From an uncultured Deinococcaceae bacterium (GTDB lineage Bacteria > Deinococcota > Deinococci > Deinococcales > Deinococcaceae): a DNA stretch of 38,217 nt. This document shows positions 1 through 11,733 of this stretch, one piece after another. Below the pieces are notes generated by a model. That model saw nothing but the letters and a program-made list of their open reading frames with translations, searched no databases and had not been told where the DNA came from. Made by a program: the position numbers and the translations under genes. The stretch lies in the NCBI GenBank assembly GCA_964252075.1, contig CAXULY010000005.1, forward strand, positions 164,652 to 202,868, in the 5' to 3' direction. How positions within the stretch are numbered: the stretch's first letter is position 1; each line of letters starts with the position of its first letter.

Positions 1-51
1 TGCGGGCGTGAAGGCCCGCAGCACCCCGGCGGCCTTCTCCAGCGACTGCAT
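1..51 (-). CDS. 5' end of a probable IclR-family transcriptional regulator (candidate hut regulator), running off the left edge
   Basis: Manual translation of the minus strand from ATG at 51 gives MQSLEKAAGVLRAFTPA, typical of an IclR HTH N-terminus. It is divergent from the hut operon and has TAGACT 6 nt upstream. Only 17 codons are visible and it is not in the ORF track. Confidence 0.6.
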   Translation of the reverse strand, partial: MQSLEKAAGVLRAFTPA

Positions 52-57
52 GGAAAA

Positions 58-63
58 AGTCTA
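58..63 (-). promoter_or_regulatory. -10 element TAGACT, leaderless-type promoter for the IclR-like gene
   Basis: Minus strand reads TAGACT-ttttcc-ATG, with no Shine-Dalgarno between them. Confidence 0.55.
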
Positions 64-165
64 TGAGACGATGACACTCCTCACGGCTGATGACTCAACC
101 CGGAGCGTCGTGAAGGTCGAGGCATCCAGTGCAGATGATCGTCACTTCCAGCATTCCTGCACTCA

Positions 166-543
166 TCACCGGGAGTAGAACTGCTGATCCAGGGGCTCCG
201 GCCAGACATCCCAAGCTCTGTACACGCGAATGAGGCCAATAACAGCACCGATCATGAGGGGCCAGGTCAGCAACAGCAGCGTGGCCGCGCCCACGCTCGA
301 TGCTGACCAGCCCAGGACGCCGCGCAGGGATGACGCGCACCACACGCTGAAGGGAAGAAGAACCCCAGCGATCATCTGGAAGTAAACGATGGATTTCTGA
401 TTCTCCGTGATGAGCGGGTGGCGTAGCGCGGTGATGGTCGCCATCAACCAGCGAAACATGCAGGCGTACGCGAGCGCCCAGGACAACCATAGAATCCAGG
501 CGGCCAGTGCAAGGGTCATCGCCCAAACATACCAGCGGGGCAT
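166..543 (-). CDS. Hypothetical small membrane protein (125 aa, about 3 TM helices)
   Basis: ATG-started ORF with about three hydrophobic stretches, in a segment visibly less GC-rich than the flanking genes. No family recognised. Confidence 0.55.
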   Translation of the reverse strand: MPRWYVWAMTLALAAWILWLSWALAYACMFRWLMATITALRHPLITENQKSIVYFQMIAGVLLPFSVWCASSLRGVLGWSASSVGAATLLLLTWPLMIGAVIGLIRVYRAWDVWPEPLDQQFYSR

Positions 544-604
544 GCGAGCGCGCCCCGTTTTCCCGCAAATGAAGTGTTATGCGGGTGGTGATGGATTGCT
601 GAGC

Positions 605-627
605 AGCGTCCCGTATTGTTGGACGCT
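605..627. promoter_or_regulatory. Inverted repeat AGCGTCC-N9-GGACGCT, candidate hut operator
   Basis: Perfect 7-bp arms ending about 40 nt upstream of the hutU ATG. Confidence 0.45.
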
Positions 628-666
628 TCCCTTGAGGGTGGGTGGCCATGAGCCAAGACTGGAGGC

Positions 667-2333
<1,667 letters not shown>

Positions 2334-2337
<4 letters not shown>

Positions 2338-3229
2338 CGCACCTGCCGTACGGGGGCATCGCGAGCTTCGCGCGCGCCCCCATCGTGGAGCCCGGCGGGG
2401 ACTGGCGGGCGGACGTGGGCGTGCTGGGCGTGCCCTTCGACCTCGCGCTGGGCTTCCGGCCCGGCGCGCGCTTCGCGCCGCGCGCCATCCGCGAGGCGAG
2501 CCTGCGCTTCGCGCCGCCCCCGGAGGGATTCTACGACCTCGCCACGGACCGTTACCGCCTCGCGGGCGTGACGCTCGCGGACGCCGGGGACGTGCCCGTG
2601 CCCACCCTGGAGCCCGAACTCATGCGCGCGCGCACCACCGGGGCCGCCCGCCTCGTGCGCGCCCGCTCGCGCCTCCCGGTGTTCCTGGGCGGCGACCACA
2701 GCGTCACCTTCCCGCTGCTGCGGGCTTTCGACGACGTGCCGGACCTGCACGTGGTGCAGCTGGACGCGCACCTGGACTTCACGGACGTCCGCAACGACAC
2801 GCGCTACAGCAACTCCAGCCCCTTCCGCCGCGCCGCGGAGGCCCTGCCGAACCTGCGGCACGTGACGACCCTGGGGCTGCGCGGCCTGCGCGCGGATGCG
2901 GAGGCGGTGCGGGCCGCGCGCGCGCGCGGGCACACCCTGGTGCCCATGCCGGACGTGGAGGGGTCCCTGGAGCGCCTGCCCTCCGGCCAGTCCGTGTACC
3001 TGAGCGTGGACGTGGACGCCCTGGACCCCGCCGTGCTGCCCGGCACCAGCAGCCCCGAACCGGACGGCTTCACCTACTCGCTCCTCACGCGCGTGATCGC
3101 GGCGGTCGCGCACCGGAACACCGTGGTGGGCCTGGACGTGGTGGAACTCGCCCCGAACCTCGACCCGAGCGGGCGCAGCGACCTCCTCGCGGCGCGCCTC
3201 ATCATGGAGACCCTGTGCGAGGTGTTCCG

Positions 3230-3233
<4 letters not shown>
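2334..3233 (+). CDS. hutG: Arginase/agmatinase-family ureohydrolase, probably formimidoylglutamase by context
   Basis: Mn-binding motifs GGDHS, DAHLD and SVDVDALDP, plus [12 protein letters not shown] overlap with hutU and ATGA overlap with hutI. Confidence 0.8.
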
Positions 3234-5967
<2,734 letters not shown>

Positions 5968-6037
5968 CCCTCGGGTCGGGCAAGATCGGCAGATCCGCCG
6001 TGTGGTTTGAGGGGTTCTGATTTTGTTCATCAAATAG

Positions 6038-6066
6038 TTGACATGTTTTATCAACTGAAATAAGCT
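6038..6066 (+). promoter_or_regulatory. Sigma70-type promoter for the SAM riboswitch transcript
   Basis: TTGACA (6038-6043), 17-nt spacer, TAAGCT (6061-6066), with AT-rich upstream sequence. Confidence 0.75.
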
Positions 6067-6090
6067 CAGGTCACCCCGCGCGGCGGGGCG

Positions 6091-6231
6091 ACTCTTATCT
6101 AGAGCGGCGGAGGGACTGGCCCAACGATGCCGCAGCAACCAGAGGCGAAGGCGCCGCACGCGCCCCATCACCTCCCGGTGCTCCACCAGCCCGCCACGTG
6201 CCCAGGCACGACCGGCAGGAACGATAAGGGG
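6091..6231 (+). ncRNA. SAM-I (S-box) riboswitch aptamer
   Basis: P1 is CTCTTATC (6092-6099) paired with GATAAGGG (6223-6230). The conserved AGAG-GG-GGAGGGACTGGCCC...GATG..GCAGCAACC core and the GGTGCT element are both present. Confidence 0.93.
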
Positions 6232-6276
6232 GGCAGCGTCACCGCTCCTCTCACCCACGGCCCCACAGGAGCAGCC

Positions 6277-6303
6277 ATGAACGCCCCATGCCTCACGCAG
6301 TGA
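6277..6303 (+). other. 8-codon micro-ORF MNAPCLTQ behind the riboswitch-controlled RBS
   Basis: AGGAG at 6267-6271, ATG at 6277, TGA at 6301-6303. Translation is unproven. Confidence 0.4.
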
Positions 6304-6358
6304 TGTCCTCACGACCCCTCGGCCCGCACACCTCACCCCTCACCCACCTGAACCGAGG

Positions 6359-6565
6359 TTGATCGTGACGGAAATCCTGTCGGCCCGCTGGGTCCCCGGC
6401 ACCACGGACCGCATCGTGGTGCGCTCCCCGCACGGCGAACTGATCTGGCACCTGCACCCCTTCGAAGTCATGTTCGGGAAGGACGCCGTGGCGAGCCTGT
6501 ACCTCACCGGGCGCGCCCGCATGGAACGCGAGGCTGCGCCGCACGTCACGGACAGCGCCGCCTGA
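6359..6565 (+). CDS. Small hypothetical protein (68 aa from TTG 6359, or 66 aa from GTG 6365)
   Basis: GC3-rich codon usage like the real genes, GAGGT at 6355-6359 ahead of GTG 6365, and a strong hairpin directly after the stop. Confidence 0.7.
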   Translation: MIVTEILSARWVPGTTDRIVVRSPHGELIWHLHPFEVMFGKDAVASLYLTGRARMEREAAPHVTDSAA

Positions 6566-6570
6566 CAACC

Positions 6571-6598
6571 GGGGGCAGCGGGCGCGCCCGCTGCCCCC
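6571..6598. terminator. GC-rich hairpin between convergent genes
   Basis: GGGGGCAGCGGG-CGCG-CCCGCTGCCCCC, a perfect palindrome without a U-tract. Confidence 0.65.
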
Positions 6599-6602
6599 CG
6601 TC

Positions 6603-7337
6603 TCACCCCTCCGGCGGGCGCGTCCAGTACGCGGAGGCCCGCAGGTGCTCCGCGGGGAGGCCGCGCTCCAGCAGGTGCTGCCGTAGGCGGCGCGCCACCT
6701 GCGCCTCGGCCGCCACCCACGCGAAGCCCTCACCGGCGGGCAGCGGCGTGGCGGCCAGCGCGACCTCCAGGCGTCGCGAGGTGCCGGGCGCCTGGTCGCC
6801 GCGGTGCAGCCACGTGACCTGCACGTCCGCGCGGCTCGTGAGGGGCAGTTCGTCCGCCGCGCCCGCCACCTCCACGAAGGCCAGGGCGCGCGCGCCTGCT
6901 GGGAGCTCCTCCAGGCGCCGCGCGATGGACGGCAGGGCCGTCTCGTCTCCCATCAGCAGGTACCAGTCGAAGGCGTACCGGACCAGCGTGGAGCCGCGTG
7001 GGCCGCCCAGCGTAAGGGTGTCGCCGGGACGCGCCGCGCTGGCCCACGCGGAACCCACGCCGCCCTCGTGCAGCACGAAGTCCAGGTCCAGCTCGCCCGC
7101 CTGGGGGTCGTGGCGGCGCGGCGTGTAGTCGCGCCCCACGGGTCCGTCTGGGGTGGGGAAGAAGACCTTGACGTGGTCGTCCGGCGCGGCGCTGTGGAAG
7201 CCCTCCAGTTCCGGGCCGCCCAGCGTGACGCGCACGAGGTGCGGGGTGAGGGGCGTCACGCGCCGCACCTCCAGCGTGCGGCGCACCACGGGGTGCGGGC
7301 CCTCTCGGGTCACGCGGGGGGTGTGCGGTTCGGTCAT
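6603..7337 (-). CDS. Siderophore-interacting protein (ViuB/YqjH-type FAD-binding ferric-siderophore reductase)
   Basis: True start is ATG 7337 (MTEPHTP, GGAGG upstream). Motifs DDHVKVFFP, RDYTPR, DFVLH, GPRGS, GDETALPSI, WVAAE and AYW. Confidence 0.93.
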   Translation of the reverse strand: MTEPHTPRVTREGPHPVVRRTLEVRRVTPLTPHLVRVTLGGPELEGFHSAAPDDHVKVFFPTPDGPVGRDYTPRRHDPQAGELDLDFVLHEGGVGSAWASAARPGDTLTLGGPRGSTLVRYAFDWYLLMGDETALPSIARRLEELPAGARALAFVEVAGAADELPLTSRADVQVTWLHRGDQAPGTSRRLEVALAATPLPAGEGFAWVAAEAQVARRLRQHLLERGLPAEHLRASAYWTRPPEG

Positions 7338-8029
7338 GCGTTGCCTCCAGTCGTGGGGTGGGCGGGTGGTTTCGGGCGGGTGGGGCAGTTCGAACAGCGC
7401 TGAAGGCCCTCGTTGAGGTACGCGAAGCAGCAGGTGGCGCGCACCAGCCGCTCCTCGGGCTCGAAGCGCAGCTCGGCGCGGCTGCGGACCGGCCAGAGCT
7501 GATGGAAGCGCGCGCCCCACGCCTGCGCGCGCGCGGGGTCGCCCGTCGCGCGCCCCAGGACGCCCAGCACCTGCAGGAGGCGGTCGGCGGCGGCGCGCAG
7601 CAGCAGGTCCTCGCGCACGGTGGTGGCCGGGTGCAGGTCGAGCAGCATCGCCTGCAGGGCCCCCAGCGCGGCGGGCAGCGGGTCGACCTCGTCGGTGAGG
7701 GTGGCGGCGTGGTGGTGCAGCTGCCCCGCTGTGGGCGTGCCGGTCAGGGACAGCTGCGCGTCCAGGCGCGCGCCGAGCACGAAGGCGCTGGCGAGGTGCA
7801 GCATGCCGGGCGCCCAGGTGAGGCCGCTGAGCAGCAGCAGGTCGGCGCTGGCGGGCCGCTGGCGGGGGTGCTGCGCCTGCAGGTTCGCGCGCCAGGTGGG
7901 CCACGCGGCGCGCCACTGGTGGGTGGGGAGCTCGCCGCGGCCGGGGGTGGCGTTCAGGTACAGTGGCAGGGCCGCCAGCGTGGCGAGGCGGGCCTCAGCG
8001 GTCACGGCGGCCCGGTGGGGAAGGAGCAA
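7334..8029 (-). CDS. FhuF-like [2Fe-2S] ferric siderophore reductase
   Basis: C-terminal RATCCFAYLNEGLQRCSNCP fits the FhuF CC-x10-C-x2-C motif. ATGA overlap with the SIP gene. Start codon is uncertain. Confidence 0.8.
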   Translation of the reverse strand: MLLPHRAAVTAEARLATLAALPLYLNATPGRGELPTHQWRAAWPTWRANLQAQHPRQRPASADLLLLSGLTWAPGMLHLASAFVLGARLDAQLSLTGTPTAGQLHHHAATLTDEVDPLPAALGALQAMLLDLHPATTVREDLLLRAAADRLLQVLGVLGRATGDPARAQAWGARFHQLWPVRSRAELRFEPEERLVRATCCFAYLNEGLQRCSNCPTRPKPPAHPTTGGNA

Positions 8030-8038
8030 CGCAGGCGA

Positions 8039-8065
8039 ATTCCCGACTAATCATGTCGGATTAGT
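8039..8065. promoter_or_regulatory. Palindromic operator between the divergent iron genes
   Basis: CCGAC-N7-GTCGG (8043-8059) overlaps ACTAATC-N6-GATTAGT (8046-8065). A TATATT -10 box follows at 8066-8071. Confidence 0.6.
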
Positions 8066-8138
8066 TATATTGGAGTGCATGGCATTTGCCAAGGGCGAAC
8101 GTCCGGCGCGCCGCACCCCGCCCACCGAAAGGACGTGC

Positions 8139-8999
8139 ATGACCACACCCCCACCGAAACTGGTGGCCCACGACCTGAGCCTCGGCTACGGCCACCAGCG
8201 CGTCACCGACCACCTGCACCTGAACCTCAGCGCGGGCGCCGTCACCACCATCATCGGCGCGAACGGCTGCGGCAAGAGCACCCTGCTGCGCGCCCTCGCC
8301 CGCCTGCTGCGCCCTGAGGGCGGCAGCGTGCTGCTCGACGGCCATGACATCCACCGCCGACCCAGCGCCGAAGTCGCGCGCGCCCTCTCCATCCTCCCGC
8401 AGGGCCCCAGCGCCCCCGAGGGCCTGACCGTCGAGGAACTCGTGTGGTTCGGCCGCCACCCGCACCAGGGCGCCTTCGGGCAGCGCCGCGAGGGCGACCG
8501 CGCCGCCGTGCACGAGGCCCTCGACCAGACCGGCATGACGGTCTTCGCCTCACGGCCCGTGGACCGCCTCTCCGGCGGGCAGCGCCAGCGCGCCTGGATC
8601 GCCATGTGCCTCGCGCAGGGCACCGAGACCGTCCTGCTCGACGAACCCACCACCTACCTGGACCTCAGCCACCAGCTGGAGGTGCTGGAACTCGTGCGCC
8701 GCCTGAACCGCGAGCACGGCAAGACCATCGTGATGGTACTGCACGACCTGAACCAGGCGGTGCGCTACAGCGACGAGATCGTGGCGCTCCGCCACGGCGA
8801 GGTGTACCGCCAGGGCCCCGCGGCGGACATCATGACGCGCGACCTGCTGCGCGAGGTGTTCAGCCTGGAAGCGCACCTGCTGACCGACCCGGACACCGGG
8901 CGCCCGCACGTCATCCCCTACGCCATCGCGCGCGGCCCGGTGGGCGGCGCCTTGAGAGGCGTTTCACCTGACGTTCAGGAGCACTTGAGCGTGCCTTGA
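8139..8999 (+). CDS. Iron-siderophore ABC transporter ATP-binding protein (FhuC/FecE/FepC type)
   Basis: Walker A GANGCGKST, LSGGQRQRAWIAM, LLDEPTTYLD and VLHDLNQA. GAAAGGA RBS before ATG 8139; an alternative in-frame ATG lies at 8079. Confidence 0.93.
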   Translation: MTTPPPKLVAHDLSLGYGHQRVTDHLHLNLSAGAVTTIIGANGCGKSTLLRALARLLRPEGGSVLLDGHDIHRRPSAEVARALSILPQGPSAPEGLTVEELVWFGRHPHQGAFGQRREGDRAAVHEALDQTGMTVFASRPVDRLSGGQRQRAWIAMCLAQGTETVLLDEPTTYLDLSHQLEVLELVRRLNREHGKTIVMVLHDLNQAVRYSDEIVALRHGEVYRQGPAADIMTRDLLREVFSLEAHLLTDPDTGRPHVIPYAIARGPVGGALRGVSPDVQEHLSVP

Positions 9000-9061
9000 G
9001 GGCGCGGTCACAAGGTGCCCCTGCCTGTCCAGGCCCCCGCTGAGCTCCCTACACTCCCAGC

Positions 9062-10333
9062 ATGCCCCAACCCACACGCTGCGCGGGCCTGCTGGGCGCC
9101 CTGACGCTCGGCACGCTCGCGCTCGCGCAGGTCGCGCCCCTCACGCCGCCCGAACCGCGCCCCCTGCCGCCCCCCATGCCCGCCGCGAGCAACACCGTCA
9201 CCATGCTGACGCCCGTCCCGCGCGGCTTCACGCTGGACCTGCTGGGGCGCCTGAAGGTGCCGCCCGGCTTCCAGCTGAAGGTCGTCGCGACGGGCCTCGG
9301 GAACGCGCGCATGCTGCACGTCATGCCGGACGGCGGGATGTACCTCACGCGCAACGAGCAGGGCGACGTGCTGTACCTCAGGGACGCCAACAAGGACGGA
9401 ATGATCGCGCCCACGGAGCGGCGCGAGGTCGCGCAGAACCTCAGCAGCGTGCACGGCCTCACCGACCGGGGCGGCAAGCTGTACATCCAGGCGGACACGA
9501 AGGTGTGGGTGGCGGACATCCAGCCGAACGGGAACCTCAGCGTGCCGCGCGAGTTCGTCACGGACCTCCCGGACGTCGGGCAGCACTTCGCGCGCGGCCT
9601 CGCCTTCGGCCCGGACGGCTACCTGTACCTGTCCGTCGGCTCGACGTGCAACGACTGCCGCGACCCGAACCCCGAGACCGCCACCATGCTGCGCGTCAGC
9701 CCGGACGGGAAGAGCCGCGAGGTGTTCGCGCGCGGCCTGAGGCACACCATCGGCTTCGGGTGGCAGCCCGGCACGGGGCGCCTGTACGGCATGGATCAGG
9801 GCAGCGACTGGCACGGCGACGACCAGCCGCCCGAGGAGCTGAACCTCATCACGCGCGGCAGCGACTACGGCTGGCCGTACTGCTTCGCGGACCGCCAGCC
9901 GGACCCCTACACGAACAACGTCCCGAACGGCAACCTCGAGAAGACCGCGTTCTGCCAGAACCGCACGGAGGGCGCGAAACTCACGTATACCGCACACGCC
10001 GCCGCCATCAGCATGCTGTTCTACACGGGCGCGCAGTTCCCCGCCGATTACCGGAACGACGCCTTCGTAACCTTCCGGGGGTCGTGGAACCGCAGCGCGC
10101 CCAGCGGGTACGAGGTGGCGCGCGTGCACTTCGGGCCGGACGGCGCGCCGCAGAGCATCACGCCCTTCGTGACGGGCTTCGTGTACCAGGACCCCACGCA
10201 GCAGGCCGCGAACGGCTGGACGCAGTTCGGGCGCCTCGCGGGCCTCGCACAGGACACGGACGGCTCCCTGCTGTTCACGGACGACCAGAACGGCGTGCTG
10301 TACCGCCTGAGCGCCACGGGAGGTGCGCAGTGA
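9062..10333 (+). CDS. Secreted PQQ-dependent sugar/sorbosone dehydrogenase family protein
   Basis: Signal peptide; motifs FGPDGYLYLSVGSTCN, FARGLRH, PPEELN, YGWPYC and GSWNRS. TACACT sits 6 nt before the ATG. Confidence 0.88.
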   Translation: MPQPTRCAGLLGALTLGTLALAQVAPLTPPEPRPLPPPMPAASNTVTMLTPVPRGFTLDLLGRLKVPPGFQLKVVATGLGNARMLHVMPDGGMYLTRNEQGDVLYLRDANKDGMIAPTERREVAQNLSSVHGLTDRGGKLYIQADTKVWVADIQPNGNLSVPREFVTDLPDVGQHFARGLAFGPDGYLYLSVGSTCNDCRDPNPETATMLRVSPDGKSREVFARGLRHTIGFGWQPGTGRLYGMDQGSDWHGDDQPPEELNLITRGSDYGWPYCFADRQPDPYTNNVPNGNLEKTAFCQNRTEGAKLTYTAHAAAISMLFYTGAQFPADYRNDAFVTFRGSWNRSAPSGYEVARVHFGPDGAPQSITPFVTGFVYQDPTQQAANGWTQFGRLAGLAQDTDGSLLFTDDQNGVLYRLSATGGAQ

Positions 10334-11706
10334 AGGTCCTGCTGCTGGTGACGGCCCTGCTGGCCGGGCAGAGCCTCGCGGCGAGCGCCACCGCCACCCT
10401 CCTGGGGCCGCAGGGTGAGGCGCGCGGCACCGCGACCTTCACGGAGGTGCCGGGCGGGCTGCGCGTGCAGGTGCAGGCCACTGGCCTCACGCCCGGACGG
10501 CACGGCCTGCACGTGCATGAGAACGGCACGTGTGAGCCCGGCGTGGACAAGGCCACCAACATGGTGGTGCCCTTCGGCGCGGCGGGCAAGCACTTCGACC
10601 CCGGCATGAGTGCCAACCACGCCACGCCCACCATCCCGGACACCCTGGGCCACGCGGGCGACCTGCCCGTGCTGACCGCCGACGCGACGGGCACCGCCAC
10701 GCTGGACTTCACCTCCCCGAAACTCACGCTGGGCGGCATGACGGGTGTCCTGCACCGCAGCCTCGTCGTGCACGCCCTGCCGGACGACTACCGCACGGAC
10801 CCCTCCGGGCAGAGCGGCGGGCGCGTCGCGTGCGGCGCCATCCAGCGCGGCGGGGAGGCCGCGCGCCGCTACGCCCTCCCGGACCCCCTGGCCTTCCCGG
10901 AGGGCGTCGCGGTGGACGCGAAGCGCGGCCTGATCTTCACGGGCAGCTCGCGCAATGGCAGCATCTACGCCATCAACGCCAGCACCGGCGCGGTCAGCAC
11001 CTTCTCGCCGGGCGGCGCGATGGGCCGCACCGCCGCGCTCGGCCTGAAGGTGGACGGGCAGGGCCGCGTGTGGGTGGCGGGCGGGGCGACGGGCGCGGTG
11101 AGCGTCCTCACGCCGGACGGCGCGCCCCTCGCGACCCTCATGACGCCGCCCAGCCCGCAGAGCTACCTGAACGACCTCGTGCTCGGCCCGGACGGCAGCG
11201 CCTACGTGACGGACAGCAGCCGCCCCATGATCTGGCGCGTGAGTGCGGACCTGAAGCGCATCGAGCCGTGGCTGCCGCTCTCCGGCACGGCCATCCGGTA
11301 CGGGCGCGGCATCAACCTGAACGGCATCGCGCTTACCCCGGACGGTCAGGCGCTCCTCACGGTGCAGTACAACACCGGGCGCCTGTACCGCATCGACCTG
11401 AAGAGCCGCGCCATCCAGGAGGTGCGCCTCCCCGAGCCCCTCATGTATGGGGACGGCCTGCTGTTGGACGGGCGCACCCTGTACGTCTCGCAGAACCGCG
11501 AGAACACCGTCACGCGCGTGGCGCTGGACACGGGCGCGCTCAGCGGGCGTGTCGCAGGGCGCACCTCGGCGGACGGGTTGTTCTACCCGTCCACCCTCGC
11601 GCTGCTCGGCGGGGACCTGATCGCCGTGAACAGCCAGCTGGACCGCCGCATGACGGGCGCCGTGCCGGAGGTGCCGTTCACGCTCAGCCGCTTCCCGAAA
11701 TTCTGA
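10330..11706 (+). CDS. sodC: Cu/Zn superoxide dismutase fused to a C-terminal SMP-30/gluconolactonase-like beta-propeller
   Basis: GTG start overlaps the upstream stop (GTGA) and is followed by a signal peptide. SOD motifs HGLHVHE, GKHFDP, HAGDLP, SLVVHA..DD and GGRVACG come first, then propeller motifs FPEGVA, LNDL, NGIAL and GDGL. Confidence 0.92.
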   Translation: MKVLLLVTALLAGQSLAASATATLLGPQGEARGTATFTEVPGGLRVQVQATGLTPGRHGLHVHENGTCEPGVDKATNMVVPFGAAGKHFDPGMSANHATPTIPDTLGHAGDLPVLTADATGTATLDFTSPKLTLGGMTGVLHRSLVVHALPDDYRTDPSGQSGGRVACGAIQRGGEAARRYALPDPLAFPEGVAVDAKRGLIFTGSSRNGSIYAINASTGAVSTFSPGGAMGRTAALGLKVDGQGRVWVAGGATGAVSVLTPDGAPLATLMTPPSPQSYLNDLVLGPDGSAYVTDSSRPMIWRVSADLKRIEPWLPLSGTAIRYGRGINLNGIALTPDGQALLTVQYNTGRLYRIDLKSRAIQEVRLPEPLMYGDGLLLDGRTLYVSQNRENTVTRVALDTGALSGRVAGRTSADGLFYPSTLALLGGDLIAVNSQLDRRMTGAVPEVPFTLSRFPKF

Positions 11707-11708
11707 GT

Positions 11709-11733
11709 GCGGGAGGGGGCGGCCCCCTCCCGC
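11709..11733. terminator. Hairpin between convergent sodC and amidohydrolase genes
   Basis: GCGGGAGGGGG-CGG-CCCCCTCCCGC, an 11-bp stem. Confidence 0.65.

Noticed and set aside
6603..7916. 437-aa ORF as a single long SIP protein
   Set aside because: The N-terminal 193 residues are Arg/Ala/Pro-rich read-through overlapping the FhuF-like gene. The real start is ATG 7337 with an RBS.
9505..11706. 733-aa ORF suggesting a larger SOD fusion
   Set aside because: The first 275 codons are an off-frame overlap with the dehydrogenase. The signal peptide begins at GTG 10330.
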